Of a stretch of DNA of 64,000 bases, positions 53,794 to 64,000 are shown in pieces. Every line of letters starts with the position of its first letter. Position 1 is the first letter of the stretch. The DNA is taken from contig CATNEN010000001.1 of NCBI GenBank assembly GCA_950097015.1, forward strand, positions 12,028,001-12,092,000. Direction: 5' to 3'. Made by a program: the position numbers and the translations under genes. This stretch comes from Macrostomum hystrix. Taxonomy: Eukaryota; Animalia; Platyhelminthes. The notes under the pieces are model-generated. The model worked only from the letters and a program-made list of their open reading frames with translations, made no database searches and was not told where the DNA came from.

Positions 53794-56700
53794 ATGTTGG
53801 ACCAGCTGAGGACTATTGTCTCAGTTGTGACTAATTTAGCTTCAAATTTAGCGCCAAATAAAAGTGATGGCTCCGATCCGGATCTCCCGCAACTGAGGCA
53901 GGCGCTGCAGCAGGCCTGGAGTGTTCTTGCACAGCTCAATGATGAGACAGCTGCCACAGATAATGGTGAAAGCCCATCTTTGCCTACTGAATTGAGCCAG
54001 AAAAGTCAAGAATTTGCAGACCTGCTACTAAACTGCTGCTTAGAATTACCTTCAACCCAACTTAAAATTCTAACTGCTTGCTGCCTGATGGAACTGTTCA
54101 AGCTGCACTGCCCAGATAATCCTTTTGTTGGACGACCCAATGAAGCGGAAAAGTTAGTCTCACATTACGATGCATGCATTTAAAGTTTGGTCTGTTTTTA
54201 AGCATCTAGTTTAAAAATCCTGATCTGGTTATAATCCAGCCCTCAAAATCAACCCTCTCTGATCTACCTTTCCTAATCCACCTCGTAGTCCAAATTTTCC
54301 AATCCATCTCTAAAAAGTCGCAGTTCTTAATCTGGCCCTTGAAATCCACCTTCTATAATCCAGCCCTCAAAAACCGCGTTTCGTAAGCTGGCGCTCATAA
54401 TCCACATTCCCTAATCCGGCCCTCACAATCCACCTTCCCTAATCCTGCCCTCATAATCCACCTTCCCTAATCCGGCCCTCATAATCCACATTCCCTAATC
54501 CGGCCCTCATAATCCACCTTCCCTAATCCGGCCCTCATAATCCACCTCCCCTAATCCGGCCCTCATAATCCACCTTCCCTAATCCGGCCCTCATACTCGA
54601 CCTTCCCTAATCCGGCCCTCAAAATCAACCTTCCCTAATCCGGCCCTCAAAATCCACCTTCATTATTCCAACCCTCATAATCCACCTACCCTAATCCGGC
54701 CCTCAAAATCCACCTTCTCTAATCCAGCCCTTAAAAAGTCACATTTCCTAATCCGGCCCTCATAATCCAGCTTTACTAATCTGGTCTTTAAATTTCTTCG
54801 AATCCGGTCCTTCCTTGTCATCCAGGGTTTGCCGCACCATCGATTTCATTGCTCGCGTAGCCACACGAGTTTCGGGCAGTCGCGGTGCTGCTCTTGGCTA
54901 CCTGATGCGCAACATTATTGGCACCGACCTGCCCCTGGCCCTGGGTCCCTACGCCGTCGGCAGTCATCGGGAACAATCCGAAGCAGCCGCTGTGGCCTGC
55001 GTGCGCTGCCTCCTCGAAGCCGAACCCTCGGCCGCCAAATGGGACTGGCCAGGCGGTGCCGCAGTCGGCCTGTCAGCCGCCCTCACCTCGCTACATCGCC
55101 TGTTGGACGAAGCTCCCGAGCTGATAACACAATCCACCCTGGCTGTTGGAGCACTGTTGGACAGTTGCGTTGCCAAGGCTACTGCCAGCTCCATCGACCA
55201 TGTCGAAGATTGTTTGGCTGCGAAGTTTCTATCGAAACATTTTAGCAGTTTGAGTCGACTTATTGCTGATGAATTGGAGGCTAGGATGCTGCAATCGCTG
55301 CAGGGACACGACGATGTGCAGCAGAAAGGTTTGCTCCTAAGGGCCATGCTTTGCGTAATAAAAACTATAAATTAGAATCGCATACTTTAAATTGCAATCA
55401 TCCGTTAATCCACGAGTTGATTAACGGGGTTAATCACACGTTAATTAATTAGTTAAATTGATTCGATTTATATATCTTGGGATTGCGTCCCTTAATCATA
55501 AGATTTTCCGTTAATCTTGTGAACATCCGTTAATCTTGTGAACATCCGTTAATCCTGTCAACATCCGTTAATCTTGTGAACATCCGTTAATCTTGTGAAC
55601 ATCCGTTAATCCTGTCAACATCCGTTAATCTTGTGAACATCCGTTAATCCTGTCAACATCCGTTAATCTTGTGAACATCCGTTAATCTTGTGAACATCCG
55701 TTAATCCTGTCAACATCCGTTAATCTTGTGAACATCCGTTAATCTTGTGAACATTCGTTAATCTTGTGAACATTCGTTAATCTTGTGAACATTCGTTAAT
55801 CTTGTGAACATTCGTTAATCTTGTGAACATCCGATAATCTTAAGATGTTCTACTAATCCTGAAATCACCCGGTAATCTTGAGATTCGCACCTGCTAACCT
55901 AAGTTCAACCGTTAATTTTGAGATCGAGATCTTAGCCGTTAACTAGAAATCACCCGTTAATCTATAGATTACCAGGTTAATCTTGTGATTGATCTCTAAA
56001 TCTTTCGTTAATCTGTTAATCTTGAGCTCACCCTTTGATCCTGAGATGACTCGAGATTAACGGTTAATCTTAAGATCTGCACCCGTTAATCCAGAAATCA
56101 CCAATTCTTCGTTTACGTTAATTCCCAAGGAAAAATCTATTCTTTAGACAAGAAATGACAGTTTTAAAAAATCATTTTTTAGTCAGCAACAAGCCAGTTG
56201 TGGACAAATCCGATGAGTCGGCCTCAGATCAGCTGGTCCTCCTATTGCGAATTGCTCATCGCATTTGTCCTGCCGAGCTCGTCATTCCCAGCCTGTGTGC
56301 TCGAATAATTCTGCCGCGTCTCAGGTCTCAACTAGTTGCCGATCGACTGAGGGCCTGTCGCCGACTTTGCCGCCTGATGCTAGTTGGCATCGATGACGGA
56401 GTCGCTAGACGCAGCTTCGTAGACGGCGGCTGGCGAGCTCTGGTAGCCAGGTTCGGCGATGTGTCACCTGTGATTAGGTAAGTCACATCTGCTTTCGGAT
56501 AATCCCAAAGCCGCAATCTTTGCAATTACTCGTAACATTGTCATCCGATGAAAAATGCTCTCTAATATGTTGATTGGCCTTCTAATCCATGATTAAATCC
56601 ATCTTTTCCACTGGTTTGCTCCTAATCTATTGATTAGCCCTCTAATCGCTTAATTAGCTCTCTAATCCACTGGTCAGCCCTCTAATCCACTCGTTACCCC

Positions 56701-59700
56701 TTTAATCCACTGATAAGCCCTAATCCACTGATAAGCCCTCTAATCCACTCGTTACCCCTTTAATCCACTCGTTACCCCTTTAATCCGCTGATAAGCCCTA
56801 ATCCACTGATAAGCCCTAATCCACTGATAAGCCCTAATCCACTGATAAGCCCTCTAATCCGTGATTAGCCCTCTAATCCACTGATAAGCCTTCTAATCCA
56901 CTCTTTAGCTCTCTAATCCGCTGGCAAGCCCTCTAATCCACCGATTAGCCCTCTAATCCACTGGCAAGCCCTCTAATCCACCGATTAGCCCTCTAATCCA
57001 CTGGCAAGCCCTCTAATCCACTAGCAAGCCCTCTAATCCACTGGCAAGCCCTCTAATCCACCGATTAGCCCTCTAATCCACTGGCAAGCCCTCTAATCCA
57101 CTAAAAAGCCCTTTAATACATATTTGGGCCTTTAATCCGCTGTCAAACTCCTCTGATCACTAATTCCAGACGATTTTGCCTGCTCGCTGTTCCCCAGTTA
57201 TGCACTTTTACCGACGTTCGCAATCGAGAAATTCAACATGGCGACTCCGAAGCGCTCGACAATCTGCGCCAGATGTTCCAGCTTCGGGCCATAGACACTG
57301 AAGAATCTGTGCGACTAGCCCTGGTGTCGGCTTTGGATGCACTGCCGAGTTCATTTGAGACTGAGTTTCGTGTGAGTTCTTTATTAAGATGAAGGCCAAA
57401 GTATATCAGGATAAATCCAGTAAGACTTTAGGGTCAGTTCAGGCAGACTTCAGGGTGGGTTTAAGCAGCCTTCAGGGTTAGTTTAGGTAAACTTCAGGGT
57501 GACTTCAGGAGGACTTCAGGGTGAGTTCACGAATACTTCAGGGTGGGTTCAGAATAGTTCAGGCAGACTTCAGGGTGAGTTTAGGCAGCCTTCAGGGTGA
57601 GTTCAGGACGACTTCAGTGTGATTTCACAGCGACATCAGTTTCATGTTTTCAATTTTCGAATCGCCACATTGTCATTCCCAGATCACCATACTGATAGCT
57701 CGGTCTCGCGATCTATCGTCGCGAGTTCGTCTACGGGCAATCGCTTCTCTGGCGAAACTGTCCACCATTTCAACGATTATCGATCCGTCTTCTGTCACTT
57801 CTGGCGCACTAGACGGACCCTGCCCGACAACCGATGCAGCCAACGCCGTGATGTCGGCTCATCGATCTCATCCTCTTGAAGTTGAACGACATCTGACTTG
57901 CAGTTTGTTGAAAGTGTGGACTAAACCAGACTGTTCCACGACTGGCACAGCAGCTTTGACTCCCGTGCAGAGTGCAGCCGTTCTGCTGCATCGTTGGAGA
58001 GGCTTCTTCACTCTAGGAGCTTCCGGATTGAATGCCACGACAACTACAACAACTAAAGCGGCTGGAGCTTTTGTTCTAATGCTCAAATCATTGTGGCATA
58101 TTGATCAGGTGAGCTGCCTGCTCTGCACTTTTGAGAATAAGCCGATTCTTCCCTTGTGTTTTCCCCAGCCATTACCCTGTCATCACGTGTCATTCTCCCC
58201 CTGCCTTCCCTTTCCATCCTTCCCTTGTCTTCCCTTGCCATTCTCCCCCGTCTTCCCTTGCCATTCTCCCCCCATCTTCCCTTGCCATTCTCCCCCGTCT
58301 TTCCTTGCCATTCTCCCCCGTCTTCCCTTGCCATTCTCCCCCGTCTTCCCTTGCCATTCTCCCCAGTCTTCCCTTGCCATTCTCCCCCGTCTTCCCTTGC
58401 CATTCTCCCCAGTCTTCCCTTGCCATTCTCCCCAGTCTTCCCTTGCCATTCTCCCCTGTCTTCCCTTGCCATTCTTCCCCTGTCTTCCCTTACCATTCTT
58501 CCACTATCTTACCTTGCTATTCTTCCCGTCTTCGCTTGCCATTCTCCCATGTCTTACCTTGCCATTCTTCCTCTGTCTTCCCTTGCCATTCTTCCCCTGT
58601 CTTCCCTTGCCATTCTTCCCCTGTCTTCGCTTGCCATTCTCCCATGTCTTCCCTTGCCATTCTTCCCTTGTCTACCCTTGTCATTCTCCCCCGACTTCCC
58701 TTGCCATTCTCCCCTGTCTTCCCTTGCCATTCTCCCCTGTCTTCCCTTGACATTCTTCCCCTGCCTTCCCTTGCCATTCTCCTCTTGTCTACCCTTGCCA
58801 TTCTCCTCTTGTCTACCCTTGCCATTCTCCCCTTGTCTACCCTTGCCATTCTCCCCTGTCTTTCCTTGCCATTTTCCCCTGTCTACCCTTGCCATTCTTC
58901 CCTGTCTTCCCTTGCCATTCTCCCATGTACCCTTGCCATTCTCCCCCTGTCTACCCTTTCCGTTCTCCCCTGTCTACCCTTGCCATTCTCCCTGTAGTAA
59001 GGATTAACTTAGTCAACTCATATTTGCTAGCCCAACTCACAGAAGGGATAGAGCAATCAAAGAAAAGGGAGACGAAAGTATTTCTTTCGTACATTACTCT
59101 GATACAATGTACACTATTAAAATAACGCGATTTGATTGGCTGGGGATTAAAACACGCACAAATGAGCTAGCACGAATGTACACAATGTAGGGGTAGGCAG
59201 ACTGCTTGAAAGGGTGCACAGCCGAAAGACTGCAGAACAAACACAATAACACGAAATCACAACCCAACACTCCCCGGTCTATCTTTGCCATTCTCTCTCT
59301 GTCTGATCCCCTGCCATCCCGTTCTCCCCATTTTGCTTGGAGACAGTCTGTTTCCTTATATTTAAGGATTCAAACTGCTGACCTCAGAAAAATGTCAATC
59401 CAGATTTGCCGGCAGACCCTGGCCTACCTTGAGTCGGCCACATCTGCCAAGTCGGCCAACTCGCTCACCTGGCTCTCAACTCGTATGCGCAGTCTCGCGA
59501 CCTACTTTCCTATGTCTCATCACTCCACGACTATTATCCAACAGTCTCTGTTAAATGCGCTCAAACGCCTGGCGAGCCTGGCATCCAGCCTAGATCTGCG
59601 CCGCCTGCTGGCACCCGAATGCGATCTGCACACCGCCAATCGATTAAGGCGACGAATTCTTCTAGCTGCTGACGCTTCTTCGGCGCCAGCGGCTGAAGCT

Positions 59701-62700
59701 AGCTTAATCGAAGCTCTGCTAACTCGTCTGGGGCCCGTGATAGTCGACGGTGCCACCCTGACGGCTGCCATCGAGCTAGCCAAACCTGGCTGTCTTGTGG
59801 ATCTGCAGCTGGTCAACGCTTTCACCTTCTATAGGCCCGACCTGCTGATTGATGCTCAGCCACTGCTTGGTGAGTTTAGGGTGCACTGGTAGAGTAAGGA
59901 GTCCGCGGACTGGTGGGCAGACAGACAGTCAACATGAGTGACTAGGCAGCATGAGACAGGTGAGAAGATGAGTGACTAGGCAGGATGATACAGGTGAGAA
60001 TATGAGTGACTAGGCAGGATGATACAGGTGAGAAGATGAGTGACTAGGCAGGATGAGACAGGTGAGAAGATGAGTGACTAGGCAGGATGATACAGGTGAG
60101 AAGATGAGTGACTAGGCAGGATGAGACAGGTGAGAAGATGAGTGACTAGGTAGGATGATACAGGTGAGAAGATGAGTGACTAGGCAGGATGAGACAGGTG
60201 AGAAGATGAGTGACTAGGCAGGATGAGACAGGTGAGAAGATGAGTGACTAGGCAGGATGAGACAGGTGAGAAGATGACTGACTAGGCAGGATGAGACAGG
60301 TGAGAAGATGAGTGACTAGGTAGGATGAGACAGGTGAGAAGATGAGTGACTAGGTAGGGTGAGACAGGTCACTCTCGTGAGTTAAGATGAGGGTGAGACA
60401 GATAAGATAAGTACTGGCTTCAATTTTCCTTCCCTCTTTTGCACCAGACTTCTTGACGGCCTCCTTGGACGCGCCCTCACCGTCGGCCACTTCAACTAGC
60501 CGGCCTGACACGAAGCTTCAACAAGCCTGCCTCCGCCTGCTAGACAGTGCCTTGTCAACGCCAGCCGGTGCTGCCCTTGCAACCAGCGCTGCAGTGGATT
60601 CTCTTATTGCTAGACTAGTTTCTCTCTGTCAGTCTGTTGAATCGTCCGTTACTAAGGCAGCTATTAGTTGCCTAGCAACTCTGTCTAACCTAGGCAACCG
60701 GCGGGGCACAGATCTGGCCTGGCTGGCTGAAGCCGCACTGACAGCAGATTGGAAGTCAGCTGCAGCTCCCACCCACCTGCTAGAATCCTTCGGCCATCTG
60801 ATGAAATCTTCGCTAGCCGAGCGACTCGGCCTGCTGCAATTGGACAGGATTGGCCAGTTCATCGGCCAGAAACTACTGCCGCTGATCCTGGAAGGTCCTC
60901 CGGCTGACGTCGACCGCGATGCCAATGACAATGGCGACAATTCGGAGGTTTCATCGGTGGCAACTGATGTTAGACTGGCAGCTGTCAGGTGTTTGACTAG
61001 GTGCCTGGTTGGAATGAAACAGGTGATCATCTAATATTGCTGTCATCTTTGGACTGGGTATTATTGGGATCACACAGGATGGATGGCAGGGGAAGAAAGG
61101 CGGGGAATAGTAAGGGAAAACAGATGGAGAATGGCAATGAAAAGACGGGGGTAGAATTGCAAGGGAATGCGGGGGGAGAATGGCAATGGAAGACGGGGGG
61201 AGAATGGCAAGGGAAGACGGGGGTAGAATGGCAATGGAAGACGGGGTAGAATTGCAATGGAAAACGGGGGGAGAATGGCAAGGGAAGACGGGGGTAGAAT
61301 GGCAATTGAAGACGGGGGTAGAATGGCAATTGAAGACGGGGGTAGAATGGCAATGGAAGACGGGGGTAGAATTGCAAGGTATTGCGGGGGGGAGAATGGC
61401 AAGGGAAGACGGGGGTAGAATGGCAATGGAAGACGGGGGAAGAATGGCAAGGGATGACGGGGAAGAATGGCAAGGGATAACAAAGTATGACAATTGATGT
61501 CTTAAATGTCGCCTGTAGTACACCAGCGAGGACCCCGACTGCGCGCCAACCGACACTGAAGACTCGGACGACCTTATCGCCTGGCACTCGACTGTCAATC
61601 AGGCCATTGATTCGCTGCACTTTCTCCTTCTGCACGAAGGTGGCACCATTACAATAAGCGACCAGGTCAGGCCGAATGCTGAGTCTAAGAGCCGGAGCCT
61701 CATTCGCAGGTGCGCGGCTCGGCGGCTTCTCGGTTTAGCCAGGCATCGGGCTTATCAGCGCCGGCTGACGCAACCAGAACGGATGCAGACAGTAGCCTAC
61801 ACTGTCACCTGCGATCCTTGCCATCAGCTGCGATGCGAGCTGCTCCTTGACAAGCTGCACAACTCGCTGATGCGCCTGCGACTACCTGTTGACTATTTAG
61901 CCATCTACGCCTTCGTGACGGAGTCTGGAGTGACGGAATTTCAACGCAAAGCAGCCGACAGTCTGCGACAGGTGGTGGCTAAACGGCGCGAATCAATGGC
62001 AGCCAACTGGGATCAGGTTAAAAATGCTGATCAGTTTATTTGCTCCTTTCTGTCTCCCAAAATATTCAACCGATCGCCATGAAAATCCGGAACTCGGGCT
62101 AGAATTTTCGCTCCATCTAATAAAACAAAGCATCGACACCGTCGGTATATTCAACGATTCCCTCTGGCTTTTTGATTGCCTGTCCATATAGGCTATTATT
62201 CTTAGAATTGTATTGATTATATTGTTACTTATTTTACTTTTTAATCAATATGGATTTGCCAGAGCAATGTTACTTGTTGGACGGCTTTGAAAGTTTGTTA
62301 AATCCTCAACTTAGACCCGTTTAATCCAAATCCTACTCGCTAAGGTGTCAAAAGACAAGCGCTTGTTCTACTCTCTCCTACCTGAGGCCTGCCTGGCTCA
62401 CGCTATCTACCTGTGGGCTAACGATGTGGACTTCCAAAACCCAAGTAGCCTCACTCAGCTAGCTAGACCGCTGGCTGGTTTGCGGTTTCTGCTGAGACCA
62501 CTGCTGGCCTGCACCGCCAATATTAGCGATTGTTAGTGACAAGCGGATCTTTCATCCATTTTAATTATCATTGTTACTATCTAGAATCGAGTGAATCTGT
62601 GGGTGTGACAATTTAGAATCGAGTGAATCTGTAGGTGTGACAATTTAGAATCGAGTGAATCTCAAGGTGTAACAATTTAGAATAGAGTGAATCTCAAGGT

Positions 62701-64000
62701 GTGACAATTTAGAATCGAGTGAATCTCAAGGTGTAACAATTTAGAATCGAGTGAATCTCAAGGTGTGACAATTTAGAATCGAGTGAATCTCAAGGTGTAA
62801 CAATTTAGAATCGAGTGAATCTCAAGGTGTAACAATTTAGAATCGAGTGAATCTCAAGGTGTGACAATATAGAATCGAGTGAATCTCAAGGTGTAACAAT
62901 TTAGAATCGAGTGAATCTGTAGGTGTGACAATTTAGAATCGAGTGAATCTGTAGGTGTGACAATTTAGAATCGAGTGAATATGAAGGTGTGACAATTTAG
63001 AATCGAGTGAATCTGTAGTAGGTGGGACAATTTAGAATCGAGTGAATCTCTAGGTGGGACAATTTAGAATCGAGTGAATCTGTAGGTGTGACAATTTAGA
63101 ATCGAGTGAATCTGAAGGTGTGACAATTTAGAATCGAGTGAATCTCAAGGTGTAACAATTTAGAATCGAGTGAATCTGTAGGTGTGACAATTTAGAATCG
63201 AGTGAATCTGTAGGTGTGACAATTTAGAATCGAGTGAATCTCAAGGTGTGACAATTTAGAATCGAGTGAATATGAAGGTGTGACAATTTAGAATCGAGTG
63301 AATCTGTAGTAGGTGGGACAATTTAGAATCGAGTGAATCTCTAGGTGGGACAATTTAGAATCGAGTGAATCTGTAGGTGTGACAATTTAGAATCGAGTGA
63401 ATCTGAAGGTGTGACAATTTAGAATCGAGTGAATCTCAAGGTGTGACAATTTAGAATCGAGTGAATATGAAGGTGTGACAATTTAGAATCGAGTGAATCT
63501 GTAGTAGGTGGGACAATTTAGAATCGAGTGAATCTCTAGGTGGGACAATTTAGAATCGAGTGAATCTGTAGGTGTGACAATTTAGAATCGAGTGAATCTG
63601 AAGGTGTGACAATTTAGAATCGAGTGAATCTCAAGGTGTGACAATTTAGAATCGAGTGAATATGAAGGTGTGACAATTTAGAATCGAGTGAATCTGTAGT
63701 AGGTGGGACAATTTAGAATCGAGTGAATATGAAGGTGGGACAATTTAGAATCGAGTGAATCTGTAGTAGGTGGGACAATTTAGAATCGAGTGAATCTCTA
63801 GGTGGGACAATTTAGAATCGAGTGAATCTGTAGGTGTGACAATTTAGAATCGAGTGAATCTGAAGGTGTGACAATTTAGAATCGAGTGAATCTCTAGGTG
63901 GGACAATTTAGAATTGAGTGAATCTCTAGGTGTGCCAAGAATGTACAAGTGTTTGACAGCCGCTCACTCCAACCTGCCAGCTGCTCTTGCCGGCGGTCAC
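53794..64000 (+). CDS. PDS5: Divergent cohesin regulator PDS5; exons 53794-54152, 54826-55328, 56183-56477, 57170-57371, 57683-58108, 59404-59869, 60448-61022, 61519-62016, 62345-62531, 63981->
   Basis: ACCLMELFKLHCPDNPF, RAIDTEESVR, DPCHQLR...KLHNSLMRLRLPVDYLA and SLLPE...IYLWANDVDF match PDS5 motifs; all nine junctions are phase-consistent; gene runs off the window. Confidence 0.82.
54230..54790 (+). repeat. 28-bp minisatellite, PDS5 intron 1
   Basis: ccctaatccggccctcataatccacctt. Confidence 0.92.
55507..55842 (+). repeat. 19-bp minisatellite, PDS5 intron 2
   Basis: ccgttaatcttgtgaacat. Confidence 0.94.
56620..57140 (+). repeat. 20-bp minisatellite, PDS5 intron 3
   Basis: ccctctaatccactggcaag variants. 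Confidence 0.9.
57425..57620 (+). repeat. Degenerate ~22-bp repeat, PDS5 intron 4
   Basis: Recurrent cttcagggtgagttcagg. Confidence 0.75.
58190..58995 (+). repeat. 23-bp pyrimidine-rich minisatellite, PDS5 intron 5
   Basis: cccttgccattctcccccgtctt. Confidence 0.94.
59935..60370 (+). repeat. 34-bp minisatellite, PDS5 intron 6
   Basis: gatgagtgactaggcaggatgagacaggtgagaa. Confidence 0.95.
61120..61480 (-). repeat. 23-bp minisatellite, reverse complement of the intron 5 array, PDS5 intron 7
   Basis: agaatggcaagggaagacggggg. Confidence 0.92.
62581..63935 (+). repeat. 32-bp minisatellite, PDS5 intron 9
   Basis: aatttagaatcgagtgaatctgtaggtgtgac variants. Confidence 0.96.

Overview
Eukaryotic (invertebrate animal) genomic DNA, not prokaryotic. 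The GC-rich exons, AT-rich intergenic DNA and minisatellite-filled introns resemble the flatworm Macrostomum, but that assignment is inference only. Spliced genes reconstructed with phase-consistent junctions: STARD7-like (13145-15040), PRIMPOL (~16581-18712), an ERK5/MAPK7-like kinase with a T-T-Y activation motif and duplicated polyQ tail (22804-27167), and a divergent PDS5 (53794 to beyond the window end). Single-exon coding blocks: a tetraspanin, CBL, ZMAT5 and two unidentified ORFs. Mobile DNA: a deleted Tc1 inside another TIR element, several MITEs (two hAT-type with 8-bp TSDs, one nested), a Harbinger element with a third internal TIR, an RNase H-bearing LINE inserted in a G-rich satellite, Gypsy, piggyBac and RTE remnants, and two tRNA-derived SINE families. 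About 20 different tandem-repeat arrays are present. Most interesting signals: (i) most introns host their own minisatellite, often built from splice-signal-like words; (ii) inverted satellite pairs bracket exons; (iii) ZMAT5 lacks an in-frame ATG and starts right after an AG, and several genes have an acceptor just before the start, compatible with spliced-leader trans-splicing; (iv) the three-TIR Harbinger. No CRISPR, rRNA or intact tRNA gene was seen.
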